From a virus (lineage: Duplodnaviria; Heunggongvirae; Uroviricota; Caudoviricetes), in the IMG/VR virus record IMGVR_UViG_2923360383_000008: a DNA stretch of 41,720 nucleotides. One strand, written 5' to 3'. Position numbers and translations under genes: made by a program. Each line of letters begins with the position of its first letter. The first letter of the stretch is position 1. Below the pieces are notes generated by a model. That model was not told where the DNA came from, searched no databases, and was given only the letters and a program-made list of their open reading frames with translations. Of this stretch, positions 1-8,815 are shown piece after piece.

Positions 1-1143
1 CTATGCTGTTTTGATATCTACGATAATCCAGTCTTTACCACGATCATCATTGTATCGGTCGGTCATTTTTCTGGATTTATGGCCTAACAACTTTTGCGTA
101 TCCAGACCCTGTTCCCGATATAACCGTTCTGACAGAGATCGCTGCTCATGAAATGTGGGCGCAGTTCCTTGCTCCCATTTTATGCCACATTTTTCCCGGG
201 CCTTTTTAAAAGCCGTTGTCAGAGTATTCGCAGAAACCTGGTCTCCTCTGTTTGCTTGAGAGGTAGTGTGACGGTAATGGACCAGATATTTACTAACAAC
301 AGCATCCCTGCACTGAGATATAACTTCACGAAGGGTAATATTCAGAGCATCGCATTTCAGGTTAAGCGGAATAGCAAGTTTTGAACCGGTTTTTTCCTGA
401 GTAATGTGCAACATGTCGTCCCATATATCAGAGAATTTCAAATTGCAGATATCGCCTAAACGTTGTCCAGTAACAAGAGCAAGTAGCATGCCGCATTTTA
501 AATAGGGCTGCCGTCTGCTTACGCTGTCAAATATTGCCTGCCATTCGGGCAGTGACAATCTTTGGCGGTTTACTCGATTTCGTGGTTGTTTTGTTGCCTG
601 CGCTGGGTTAAATCCTGGCGGAACATGTCCTGCGTGTTGTGCTTCTTTGAAGACGTCGATCAACACCATTCTCACGACTTGCGCCATCCTGTTATGACCT
701 TCAGCCTTTACAGCATCAATTATTTCGGCAATATCAAGTGCGGTAATATCCTTGAGGTGTTGCATTCCACAATGCTCACGGAAAAGACGAATGGGTTTGC
801 CTTTTTGCCGATAGGAGTTGGGTCTTAGTTCATTATGTTGCAGCCTGTCCTCTTGGATAGAAATATATTTATCAAGCCATTCTGTCACCGTAATGTCTGA
901 GCGCCTGCCTTTCATTCTTTCCAGACGCTCATTGACGCTTAATATTTGTCTGGTACGTTGTTCAGCAATAATGGTATTTGCTTCAGTAGCAACTTGTTTT
1001 GCTTCATTCTCATCAGTTCCTAAGCTATGAAAACGACCGGATAGTGGATGTTTGTATTGCCAATATACCTTTCCGGTTCGCTTATCTAATTTGCAATATA
1101 AATTGGGTATAGAGATTTTGTGAGATCGGGGTCTAGCAGCCAT
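1..1143 (-). CDS. int: Tyrosine integrase (lambda Int family)
   Basis: 380-aa ORF; C-terminus ...HEQRSLSERLYREQG...GHKS...DDRGKDW matches the HxxR...Y catalytic region of lambda Int; stop codon at window positions 1-3; first gene of prophage arm. Confidence 0.9.
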   Translation of the reverse strand: MAARPRSHKISIPNLYCKLDKRTGKVYWQYKHPLSGRFHSLGTDENEAKQVATEANTIIAEQRTRQILSVNERLERMKGRRSDITVTEWLDKYISIQEDRLQHNELRPNSYRQKGKPIRLFREHCGMQHLKDITALDIAEIIDAVKAEGHNRMAQVVRMVLIDVFKEAQHAGHVPPGFNPAQATKQPRNRVNRQRLSLPEWQAIFDSVSRRQPYLKCGMLLALVTGQRLGDICNLKFSDIWDDMLHITQEKTGSKLAIPLNLKCDALNITLREVISQCRDAVVSKYLVHYRHTTSQANRGDQVSANTLTTAFKKAREKCGIKWEQGTAPTFHEQRSLSERLYREQGLDTQKLLGHKSRKMTDRYNDDRGKDWIIVDIKTA

Positions 1144-1369
1144 CAGCGATTATCCTTTGGAGTTTTGGGTTTGCGTTTATTGGGAGTTGCGGTTCTGCAA
1201 GCGTTCCTACAAAACGGGAATTTCGGTCAATCATCCAGTAGCGACCAACTTTTATAGCGGGTGGGGCCATCATTTTCCCTTGCGCGTATTTTTTCAGAAC
1301 TCGCTCACTTGGTGCTAAGTCCCCAAATTCTTCTTTAGCCCAGTCCTGTAAAGTGATTAGTCGAGACAT
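1133..1369 (-). CDS. xis: Excisionase-like small DNA-binding protein
   Basis: 78-aa ORF immediately upstream of and overlapping int; strong RBS AGGAGG before ATG; typical int-xis arrangement. Confidence 0.7.
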   Translation of the reverse strand: MSRLITLQDWAKEEFGDLAPSERVLKKYAQGKMMAPPAIKVGRYWMIDRNSRFVGTLAEPQLPINANPKLQRIIADGC

Positions 1370-1508
1370 TTGTCCTCCTCTTAGCTGCTGAGGGAGTTTG
1401 TGACCGATATATCTGACATGATATTAAGCTCATGGCAGGTACATCTCTTGACTGGTCATAGAGATAAATTTAATGCTGAGAAATGCAGTATTGAATTTAT
1501 CAATTTTT

Positions 1509-1748
1509 CTATTTCCTGCGCATGTCACGTAACTTCTTAATGTGTTCTGCCGTTTCGATCTCTTCTGCTATCCGATCTGCATCAGCTTTATTCACAGGTT
1601 CAAAGTCATGATTAAAGCGGAACATGCTGGCGATACATGTTCTGCCTTTTCGGATGTAGTGAACTTTGTTGTGGGTAGAACGCAGGATTTTGCAGGGAGT
1701 GCCGTGGTGGTCGACGTACCAGGTGTTAGGGTCAATCACTCTGAACAT
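1509..1748 (-). CDS. Hypothetical protein
   Basis: 79-aa ORF co-oriented with early-left operon; overlaps downstream end of next gene by 17 nt. Confidence 0.45.
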   Translation of the reverse strand: MFRVIDPNTWYVDHHGTPCKILRSTHNKVHYIRKGRTCIASMFRFNHDFEPVNKADADRIAEEIETAEHIKKLRDMRRK

Positions 1749-2058
1749 TCTTGACCTTGTGTTGTGCGGATTGATATTCAGTGCTGATATTCACCTTTAT
1801 AGCGAACACCTTTACCGGTTTATCGCCAAAGTGCGGATGTGTGATTGTCTTCACTTCATATCCGTCATACGGAACATCAATTCTGCGACTGGAATCGTCG
1901 CGCTTCGGATATCCCTTTGTGATAATCAGGCGGTCATATTCCCGGAACATAATTCGCTTATTCCAGTAGTCATTACACAAGCGATACTCTTCCGTTTTCT
2001 CTCCGCGAATCATGGCATCGAAGTATTCACTTTTAACAGCAAGTTGCAGGTTAGCCAT
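1732..2058 (-). CDS. ASCH/PUA-like domain protein (putative)
   Basis: N-terminus MANLQLAVKSEYFDAMIRGEKTEEYR resembles ASCH-domain N-termini; ATG overlaps stop of upstream gene (TGATG). Confidence 0.45.
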   Translation of the reverse strand: MANLQLAVKSEYFDAMIRGEKTEEYRLCNDYWNKRIMFREYDRLIITKGYPKRDDSSRRIDVPYDGYEVKTITHPHFGDKPVKVFAIKVNISTEYQSAQHKVKNVQSD

Positions 2059-2279
2059 CACTTAATCCCCCTTTGTTTGCGGATAAGCTCCAGATCTTGC
2101 TGGCAACTGGCGCAAGTCCGACAACCCTGAACGGCCAGGCGTCTTCGTTCATCTATCGGATCGCCACACTCACAACAATGAGTGGCAGATACAGCCAGGT
2201 AGTTCAGGCGGCGCATTTTTATTGCTGTGTTGCGCTGTAATTCTTCTATTTCTGATGCTGAATCAATGATGTCTGCCAT
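2058..2279 (-). CDS. TraR/DksA-family C4 zinc-finger protein
   Basis: 73 aa with CxxC...17 aa...CxxC (CCECGDPIDERRRLAVQGCRTCASC) characteristic of phage TraR/DksA-like proteins. Confidence 0.6.
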   Translation of the reverse strand: MADIIDSASEIEELQRNTAIKMRRLNYLAVSATHCCECGDPIDERRRLAVQGCRTCASCQQDLELIRKQRGIK

Positions 2280-2331
2280 CTTTCATTAATCCCTGAACTG
2301 TTGGTTAATACGCTTGAGGGTGAATGCGAAC

Positions 2332-2355
2332 AATAAAAAAGGAGCCTGTAGCTCC
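2332..2355 (-). terminator. Putative intrinsic terminator (leftward transcript)
   Basis: Hairpin GGAGC-ctgta-GCTCC followed on minus strand by TTTTTTATT. Confidence 0.3.
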
Positions 2356-2665
2356 CTGATAATTTTGCTTTTCATGTTCATCGTTCCTTAAAGACGCCGT
2401 TTAACATGCCGATTGCCAGGCTTAAATGAGTCGGTGTGAATCCCTTCAGCGTTACCGTTTCGCGGTGCTTCTTCAGTACGCTACGGCAAATGTCATTGAC
2501 GTTTTTGGAAACTGCTGTCTGACTTTTTTGATTTCAGAATTAGCCTGACGGGCAATGCTGCGAAGGGCGTTTTCTTGCTGAGGTGTCACTGAACAAGCCC
2601 CATGTCGGCAAGCATAAGCACACAGAATATGAAGCCCGCTGCCAGAAAAATGCATTCAGTGGTTG

Positions 2666-2857
2666 TCATACCTGGTCTCTCTCATCTGCTTCTGCTTTCG
2701 CCACCATCATTTCCAGCTTTTGTGAAAGGGATGTGGCTAACGTATGAAATTCTTCGTCTGTTTCTGCTGGTATTGGCACAAACCTGACTCCAATTTGAGC
2801 AAGGCTATGTGCCAAATCAATACTCGTTCTTAACTCAACAGGAGATGCTTTGTGCAT
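2666..2857 (-). CDS. Hypothetical protein
   Basis: 63-aa ORF in early-left operon orientation; stop overlaps ATG of a 27-codon hydrophobic peptide ORF (ATGA). Confidence 0.35.
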   Translation of the reverse strand: MHKASPVELRTSIDLAHSLAQIGVRFVPIPAETDEEFHTLATSLSQKLEMMVAKAEADERDQV

Positions 2858-3008
2858 ACCGCCCCCCGTTTATTATTTATCTCCTCAGCCAGCCGCTGGG
2901 CTTTCAGCGGATTTCGGATAACAGAAAGACCGTGAAATACCCAGCCTCGCTTTGTAACGGAGTAGACGAAAGTGATCGCGCCTACCCGGATATTATCGTG
3001 AGGATGGG

Positions 3009-3689
3009 TCATCGCCATTGCTCTCCAAATACAAAACCAATTTCAGCCAGTGCTTCGTCCATTTTTTCGATGAACTCCGGCACCATCTCGTCAAAACTCG
3101 CCATGTACTTTTCATCCCGCTCAACCACGACATAATGCAGGCCTTCACGCTTCATTCGTGGGTCATAGTTGGCAAAGTACCAGGCATCTTTTCGTGTCAC
3201 CCACATGCTGTACTGCACCTGGGCCATGTAAGCCGACTTTATGGCCTCGAAACCACCGAGCCGGAACTTCATGAAATCCCGGGAGGTAAACGGGCATTTC
3301 AGCTCAAGGCCATTGCCGTCACTGCATAAACCATCGGGAGAGCAGGCGGTGCGCATACTTTCGTCGCGATAGATGATCGGGGATTCAGTAACATTCACGC
3401 CGGAAGTGAATTCAAACAGGGTTCTGGCGTCGTTCTCGTACTGTTTTCCCCACGCCAGCGCCTTAGCATTAACTTCCGGAGCCACACCGGTGCAAACCTC
3501 AGCCAGCAGGGTGTGGAAGTAGGACATTTTCATGTCAGGCCACTTCTTTCCTGAGCGGGGCTTTGCTATCACGTTGTGAACTTCTGAAGCGGTGATGACG
3601 CCGAGCCGTAATTTGTGCCATGCATCATCCCCCTGTTCGACAGCTCTCACGTCGATCCCGGTACGCTGCAGGATAATGTCCGGTGTCAT
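3009..3689 (-). CDS. exo: Lambda exonuclease (Red alpha)
   Basis: 226 aa; sequence [40 protein letters not shown]... matches lambda Exo as I recall it almost residue for residue. Confidence 0.95.
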   Translation of the reverse strand: MTPDIILQRTGIDVRAVEQGDDAWHKLRLGVITASEVHNVIAKPRSGKKWPDMKMSYFHTLLAEVCTGVAPEVNAKALAWGKQYENDARTLFEFTSGVNVTESPIIYRDESMRTACSPDGLCSDGNGLELKCPFTSRDFMKFRLGGFEAIKSAYMAQVQYSMWVTRKDAWYFANYDPRMKREGLHYVVVERDEKYMASFDEMVPEFIEKMDEALAEIGFVFGEQWR

Positions 3690-4471
3690 GCTGCCACCTT
3701 CTGCTCAGTGGCTTTCTGTTTCAGGAATCCAAGAGCTTTCACTGCTTCGGCCTGTGTCAGTTCTGACGATGCGCGAATGTCGCGGCGAAATATCTGGGAA
3801 CAGAGCGGCAATAAGTCGTCATCCCATGTTTTGTCCAGGGCAATCAGCAGAGTGTTAATCTCCTGCATGGTTTCATCGTTAACCGGAGTGATGTCGCGTT
3901 CCGGCTGACGTTCTGCAGTGTATGCGGTATTTTCGACAATGCGCTCGGCTTCATCCTTGTCATAGATACCAGCAAATCCGAAGGCCAGACGGGCACACTG
4001 AATCATGGCTTTATGCCGTAACATCCGTTTGGGATGCGACTGCCACGGCCCCGTGATTTCTCTGCCTTCGCGGGTTTTGAATGGTTCGCGGCGGCATTCA
4101 TCCATCCACTCGGTAACGCAGATCGGATGATTGCGGTCTTTGCGGTAAATCCGGCATGTACATGATTCATTGTCCTGCTCAAAGTCCATACCATCAAACT
4201 GCTGGTTTTCATTGATGATGCGGGACCAGCCATCAACGCCCACCACCGGAACAATGCCGTTCTGCTTATCAGGGAAGGCGTAAATTTCTTTCGTCCACGG
4301 ATTAAGGCCGTACTGGTTGGCGACGATCAACAATGCGATGAACTGCGCATCGCTGGCATCACCTTTAAATGCCGTCTGGCGAAGAGTGGTGATCAGTTCC
4401 TGTGGGTCGACAGAATCCATGCCGACACGTTCAGCCAGCTTCCCTGCCAGCGTTGCGAGTGCTGTACTCAT
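3686..4471 (-). CDS. bet: Recombination protein Bet (Red beta)
   Basis: 261 aa; [48 protein letters not shown]... matches lambda Bet; ATGA overlap with exo. Confidence 0.95.
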   Translation of the reverse strand: MSTALATLAGKLAERVGMDSVDPQELITTLRQTAFKGDASDAQFIALLIVANQYGLNPWTKEIYAFPDKQNGIVPVVGVDGWSRIINENQQFDGMDFEQDNESCTCRIYRKDRNHPICVTEWMDECRREPFKTREGREITGPWQSHPKRMLRHKAMIQCARLAFGFAGIYDKDEAERIVENTAYTAERQPERDITPVNDETMQEINTLLIALDKTWDDDLLPLCSQIFRRDIRASSELTQAEAVKALGFLKQKATEQKVAA

Positions 4472-4476
4472 CCGTT

Positions 4477-4773
4477 TTATACCTCTGAATCAATATCAGC
4501 CTGATGGTGAGCAATGGTTTCAACTATGTACCGGATGTGTTCTGCCATGCGCTCCTGAAACTCAACATCGTCATCAAACGCACGGGTAATGGCTTTTTTG
4601 CTGGCCCCGTGGCGTTGTAAATGATCGATGCATAGCGATTCAAACAGGTGCTGGGGCAGGCCTTTTTCCATGTCGTCTGCCAGTTCTGCCTCTTTCTCTT
4701 CACGGGCGATCTGCTGGTAGTGACGCGCCCAGCTCTGAGCCTCAAGACGATCCTGAATGTAATAAGCGTTCAT
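4477..4773 (-). CDS. gam: Gam, RecBCD inhibitor (short GamS form)
   Basis: 98 aa [21 protein letters not shown]... matches lambda GamS; in-frame stop upstream so no long GamL form. Confidence 0.9.
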   Translation of the reverse strand: MNAYYIQDRLEAQSWARHYQQIAREEKEAELADDMEKGLPQHLFESLCIDHLQRHGASKKAITRAFDDDVEFQERMAEHIRYIVETIAHHQADIDSEV

Positions 4774-4848
4774 GGCTGAACTCCTGAAAATGGCTGTGAA
4801 AATATCGCCCGCGAAATGCCAGGCTGATTAGGAAAACAGGAAAGGGGG

Positions 4849-4992
4849 TTAGTGAATGCTTTTGCTTGATCTCAGTTTCAGTATTAATATCCATTTTTTA
4901 TAAGCGTCGACGGCCTCACGAAACATCTTTTCATCGCCAATAAAAGTGGCGATAGTGAATTTAGTCTGGATAGCCATAATTGTTTGATCCAT
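4849..4992 (-). CDS. kil: Kil (host-killing / FtsZ inhibitor) protein
   Basis: 47-aa reading [47 protein letters not shown]; start overlaps end of cIII as in lambda. Confidence 0.8.
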   Translation of the reverse strand: MDQTIMAIQTKFTIATFIGDEKMFREAVDAYKKWILILKLRSSKSIH

Positions 4993-5125
4993 TTTTTGGG
5001 ACTCCTGGCTGATTAAGTATGTCGATAAGGCGTTTCCATCCGTCACGTAATTTACGGGTGATTCGTTCAAGTAAAGATTCGGAAGGGCAGCCAGCAACAG
5101 GCCACCCTGCAATGGCATATTGCAT
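4961..5125 (-). CDS. cIII: cIII, FtsH protease inhibitor
   Basis: Hand translation of minus strand gives [54 protein letters not shown], matching lambda cIII apart from one residue; not in ORF track because <60 aa. Confidence 0.85.
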   Translation of the reverse strand: MQYAIAGWPVAGCPSESLLERITRKLRDGWKRLIDILNQPGVPKNGSNNYGYPD

Positions 5126-5197
5126 GGTGTGCTCCTTATTTATACATAACGAAAAACGCCTCGAGTGAAGCGTAATTGGTATGCGGTAACGCCGCGC

Positions 5198-5566
5198 TCA
5201 GGCGGCCTTGATAGTCATATCATCTGAATCAAATATTCCTGATGTATCGATATCGGTAATTCTTATTCCTTCACTACCATCCATTGGAGGCCATCCTTCC
5301 TGACCATTTCCATCATTCCAGTCGAACTCACACACAACACCATATGCATTTAAGTCGCTTGAAATTGCTATAAGCAGAGCATGTTGCGCCAGCATGATTA
5401 ATACAGCATTTAATACAGAGCCGTGTTTATTGAGTCGGTATTCAGAGTCTGACCAGAAATTATTAATCTGGTGAAGTTTTTCCTCTGTCATTACGTCATG
5501 GTCAATTTCAATTTCTATTGATGCTTTCCAGTCGTAATCAATGATGTATTTTTTGATGTTTGACAT
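5198..5566 (-). CDS. ea10: Ea10-like early protein
   Basis: 122-aa ORF at the position and size of lambda ea10 between cIII and ral. Confidence 0.6.
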   Translation of the reverse strand: MSNIKKYIIDYDWKASIEIEIDHDVMTEEKLHQINNFWSDSEYRLNKHGSVLNAVLIMLAQHALLIAISSDLNAYGVVCEFDWNDGNGQEGWPPMDGSEGIRITDIDTSGIFDSDDMTIKAA

Positions 5567-5584
5567 CTATTCATATCCTCATAG

Positions 5585-5612
5585 ATAAAAAATCGCCCTC
5601 ACACTGGAGGGC
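5585..5612 (-). terminator. Putative intrinsic terminator in early-left operon
   Basis: Hairpin GCCCTC-acactg-GAGGGC followed on minus strand by GATTTTTTAT. Confidence 0.35.
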
Positions 5613-5748
5613 AAAGAAGATTTCCAATAATCAGAACAAGTCGGCTCCTGTTTAGTTACGAGCGACATTGCTCCGTGTATTCACTCGTTGGAATGAATAC
5701 ACAGTGCAGTGTTTATTCTGTTATTTATGCCAAAAATAAAGGCCACTA

Positions 5749-5949
5749 TCAGGCAGCTTTGTTGTTCTGTTTACCAAGTTCTCTGGCAATCATTGCCGTC
5801 GTTCGTATTGCCCATTTATCGACATATTTCCCATCTTCCATTACAGGAAACATTTCTTCAGGCTTAACCATGCATTCCGATTGCAGCTTGCATCCATTGC
5901 ATCGTTTGAATTGTCCACACCATTGATTTGTATCAATAGTCGTAGTCAT
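5749..5949 (-). CDS. ral: Ral restriction-alleviation protein
   Basis: 66 aa MTTTIDTNQWCGQFKRCNGCKLQSECMVKPEEMFPVMEDGKYVDKWAIRTTAMIARELGKQNNKAA matches lambda Ral. Confidence 0.85.
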   Translation of the reverse strand: MTTTIDTNQWCGQFKRCNGCKLQSECMVKPEEMFPVMEDGKYVDKWAIRTTAMIARELGKQNNKAA

Positions 5950-6019
5950 ACGGATAGTCCTGGTATTGTTCCATCACATCTTGAGGATGCTCTTCGAACT
6001 CTTCAAATTCTTCTTCCAT
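5933..6019 (-). CDS. Small acidic ORF (lambda orf28-like)
   Basis: 28 codons MEEEFEEFEEHPQDVMEQYQDYPYDYDY found by hand translation; overlaps ral start. Confidence 0.3.
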   Translation of the reverse strand: MEEEFEEFEEHPQDVMEQYQDYPYDYDY

Positions 6020-6162
6020 ATATCACCTTAAATAGTGGATTGCGGTAGTAAAGATTGTGCCTGTCTTTTAACCACATCAGGCTCGGTGGTTCTCGTGTAC
6101 CCCTACAACGAGAAATCGGATAAACTCTATTCACCCCTACAGAGAGCAAAAGAGAAACGCCG

Positions 6163-6744
6163 ATGAACAACTCATGGTGGCAGGAACTAATGCATTTTTT
6201 CCTGCAAGGAATGACACTTAAACAGTTGATTCATATGCTAATCATCCTGATCATATTGATTATTGTTATGCCGGTAAGCGTAAAAGAATGGATAAACCTG
6301 CATAATCCAGAAATCCTTCCTCATTACTGGATGTATTACATCCTGTTGTTTTGCGTTAGCTATGTGCTTAACGGCGTTGTTAATTCCGCTTATCACGCTG
6401 TGACTGAAAGAATTGAGGTATTCGCTGCTCAGAAGCGCAAATCTAAAGAAGAAAAATATGTGCAAGATTTGTTTGATTCGTTAACTCTTGGAGAAAGAGC
6501 GTATTTGGCATTCGCTGTAGCCGCTAATAACCAGCTACAAACGGAAAAGGGCGCTCATGAATCAATTTCATTGCTCAAAAAAGGACTCCTCGTTCGAAGG
6601 CCTCCTGCTGTTGGATATCCTGATACCGACCGTTTCGTTATCCCTGAAAGCTATAGACATGAGTGCTACATTAGGTTTGCCGGGAAGGCAGACAGCCTTA
6701 TGGATGAACTTATCGCTCAGGATAAGCATGGCAAAAACAAGTAA
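6163..6744 (+). CDS. sieB: Superinfection exclusion protein B
   Basis: 193 aa with N-terminal hydrophobic segment (LIHMLIILIILIIVMPV); rightward gene embedded in the leftward operon exactly as lambda sieB. Confidence 0.85.
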   Translation: MNNSWWQELMHFFLQGMTLKQLIHMLIILIILIIVMPVSVKEWINLHNPEILPHYWMYYILLFCVSYVLNGVVNSAYHAVTERIEVFAAQKRKSKEEKYVQDLFDSLTLGERAYLAFAVAANNQLQTEKGAHESISLLKKGLLVRRPPAVGYPDTDRFVIPESYRHECYIRFAGKADSLMDELIAQDKHGKNK

Positions 6745-6760
6745 TTAGCAAATGAATTTA

Positions 6761-7033
6761 TCATCTCGCCGTCAGTTGTTTTGATTTCCGGTAGCCTGCC
6801 GCGTAAAGAGCTACGTTCGGAAGACAAGTTGAACCTTCATATTTTCTGGTCAACGTTGTCAGAGTTATCACTTCTGCTCTCATTGCTGGTTTGAGCTTGC
6901 ATTGCAAGACCACTCGTGAAGGGGTTGGCCTGTGTAGCTTGTCGGAGCTGATCGCCTCCTGACTTTGCAGATTTGCGCGACGAGCTCTACGGCGAGAAGC
7001 TGCGGTGCCTTTAAATTCTGTTTTTCTGGACAT
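6761..7033 (-). CDS. N-like transcription antiterminator (P22 gp24-type C-terminus)
   Basis: 90 aa from MSRKTEFKGTAASRRRARRANLQ (arginine-rich motif) to ...VALYAAGYRKSKQLTAR; RBS GGGAGG 7 nt upstream; first gene downstream of pL; the longer ORF-track start is treated as leader. Confidence 0.75.
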   Translation of the reverse strand: MSRKTEFKGTAASRRRARRANLQSQEAISSDKLHRPTPSRVVLQCKLKPAMRAEVITLTTLTRKYEGSTCLPNVALYAAGYRKSKQLTAR

Positions 7034-7131
7034 GGATTCCTCCCGAATAAACTTTGGCGATGCAATCTCGAAGCTCCTCCTGAGACGGTTGCTTCGGCAT
7101 TGCATCCCACAGCTTATGTGGTTGGGTGATC

Positions 7132-7176
7132 TGGCTTTTCAGCCACGTAGTCGAGAGTCGACGTTGTTTAAAGAGC
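7132..7176 (-). promoter_or_regulatory. Putative nutL (boxA GCTCTTTAAA; boxB UGGCUGAAAAGCCA)
   Basis: In the pL transcript, a boxA-like GCUCUUUAAA is followed by a 5-bp stem with GAAA loop; near-identical arrangement downstream of cro. Confidence 0.4.
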
Positions 7177-7219
7177 CTGCCAGTCTGTTCCATTTGGCTT
7201 CCAGCGTCCTGCTGACGGT

Positions 7220-7265
7220 TAAATAGTACGATATGTACTTTACAAGATCAATACAATTTGTTGTA
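7220..7265 (-). promoter_or_regulatory. pL promoter with oL operator repeats
   Basis: Minus-strand -35 TTGATC (plus 7246-7251), 17-nt spacer, -10 TACTAT (plus 7223-7228); TACGATATGTA and TACAATTTGTTGTA inverted repeats overlap it. Confidence 0.45.
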
Positions 7266-7435
7266 AGTTGGCGTGGTTTTTTATAACGCTTTGTATTTAA
7301 TAGTGTTGTTTTTTAGCGTGGATGTATTGCCTCGGCGATGTAAGGAGAGATCAGAATTGCGTGGTTTAGTGGGTTGCATCTATTTATTTTTCAATAAATA
7401 TAATTGGTTATGTGTTTTTAGGTGGGCGAACGTGA

Positions 7436-7464
7436 GGCAAAGAAAACCCGGCGCTGAGGCCGGG
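7436..7464 (-). terminator. Intrinsic terminator ending the cI operon
   Basis: Hairpin CCCGGC-gctgag-GCCGGG followed on minus strand by TTTTCTTT, immediately downstream of the 250-aa gene. Confidence 0.5.
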
Positions 7465-7469
7465 TTGTA

Positions 7470-8222
7470 TTATGCTGCAAGTCTCTTAACCCAAGTCTCT
7501 CTTTTGGAGAATGGTAGAACTTGGCTTGATTCATGGAAGAGTAAGGAGAGTTGTTGCATTTGATCACCAATTGCTTCGCTGTCTATAACAACAAATCTGT
7601 TGTTATACTCCTCACTTGAAGCTTTAAGATCAATTAGTTTCCCAAGCAATGAGTAAGCACTATTCCAGCTTCCTCCGTGTTTCACGCTTGATGTAAAAAC
7701 GTATTTAGGTATGTCGGTTTTTATTGTTACAGGGACGGTAATTTGATGTCCACTCAAGCCATATACGTTTTCACGAAGAGAAAGTGCGTCTCTAAGCTCT
7801 GTGTGATATAGATAATCAATAACCATACTTTCAAACTTTTCAGCTTGAACTGGCTGATACCAGTCTAACGACAAAGTTGATGCGAGTATACCAGCTCTAA
7901 TTATGTTCGATGTAATCGCACCGACATCCTTTTCTGTTGCCCAAGCAATGATTTCTCCTCGAGCATTGAGTTCTGCGCCTTCTTTAAGCAGTAATTGTCG
8001 TATCTCATCAAGTCGTTTTTTGGTAAGCGAGATCCCTCTTGCCTCCATATTCATTAAGGCATCGCATCTGTCACTAACTAAATACCTACCATTGACTTCA
8101 CGGATAAAGGCACCGACATGCTCTCCATCATCACAGTAAGTGAATGGACTGATAATTCTCAAGGTCTTGCCTATTGGATGGCATTCGAAACCTAGTTGTG
8201 AGATCACTGTTGAGCACATCAT
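7470..8222 (-). CDS. Hypothetical protein, distal gene of rexAB-slot operon (candidate phage-exclusion factor)
   Basis: 250-aa ORF, ATGA-coupled to upstream gene; AT-rich relative to rest of prophage; no motif I recognise. Confidence 0.6.
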   Translation of the reverse strand: MMCSTVISQLGFECHPIGKTLRIISPFTYCDDGEHVGAFIREVNGRYLVSDRCDALMNMEARGISLTKKRLDEIRQLLLKEGAELNARGEIIAWATEKDVGAITSNIIRAGILASTLSLDWYQPVQAEKFESMVIDYLYHTELRDALSLRENVYGLSGHQITVPVTIKTDIPKYVFTSSVKHGGSWNSAYSLLGKLIDLKASSEEYNNRFVVIDSEAIGDQMQQLSLLFHESSQVLPFSKRETWVKRLAA

Positions 8223-8776
8223 ATTCCAAACCCCATTTGCCCCGACTCATCTTCAAGCGGTAAAGGTATTCTCCCAGAGTAAGTTATGTTCAGATGTTTA
8301 CAGAAGTAATTCCAATACCCTACCAGGTCATCTGGGTTTATGTCATCTTCGATTGGAAACGCTATTCTATCACTATAGTATCCAGCTTCTTCATAGTATA
8401 CATGGTAGTGAGCACCGTAAATGATATCTTGGTACTTCGGATGATCGACCTTGTAACTATTCGTGTGTTTGTCAAAGTGATAGGTATCTACCGCGAAAAC
8501 CCTCTTGTTATGATAGAAAGCAATAATATTTATTTTAGGGTAAGAAATCGGGTCATCAGGTTCTGAATCCTGATCTGGTTTCCATTTCAGTTCAAACTTT
8601 AGCCCTTGTATAGGTATACAATCCTCATCCAAGGGGATGATATGGGCTTGTAGCCACATATCAGAGCGACTTGGTTTCTGTTTCCATTTAACGCCAGAAA
8701 AGTTAACTATTTTTTTACAATAAAGTACTTTATCAACTTCTACTTGGCTTGGCTGATAATCATCTATTTTTGCCAA
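8219..8776 (-). CDS. Hypothetical protein, proximal gene of rexAB-slot operon (candidate phage-exclusion factor)
   Basis: 185-aa ORF beginning 40 nt downstream of cI stop; apparent TTG start (first ATG is codon 40), so start uncertain; acidic, Tyr/His-rich; no motif I recognise. Confidence 0.55.
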   Translation of the reverse strand: MAKIDDYQPSQVEVDKVLYCKKIVNFSGVKWKQKPSRSDMWLQAHIIPLDEDCIPIQGLKFELKWKPDQDSEPDDPISYPKINIIAFYHNKRVFAVDTYHFDKHTNSYKVDHPKYQDIIYGAHYHVYYEEAGYYSDRIAFPIEDDINPDDLVGYWNYFCKHLNITYSGRIPLPLEDESGQMGFGI

Positions 8777-8815
8777 TGTTTACCGCCCTGTAAATTGTAG
8801 ATAAAAGTGGTTTCA

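Noticed and set aside
1-60. Possible attL/core att site at the int end
   Set aside because: The int stop codon is at positions 1-3, so any att core and host junction lie outside the window.
2286-2381. 31-codon ORF upstream of the TraR-like gene
   Set aside because: Contains the GGAGC...GCTCC hairpin plus T-run that looks like a terminator; treated as non-coding.
4774-4850. Possible long GamL form upstream of gam
   Set aside because: Hand translation upstream of the gam ATG hits an in-frame TAA after about 18 codons with no ATG, so only the short Gam form is encoded.
6761-7105. Longer 114-aa version of the N-like ORF starting at 7105
   Set aside because: The upstream extension has no resemblance to N proteins and contains a large leader inverted repeat; the ATG at 7033 has a GGGAGG RBS and yields a 90-aa protein with the arginine-rich motif near its N-terminus.
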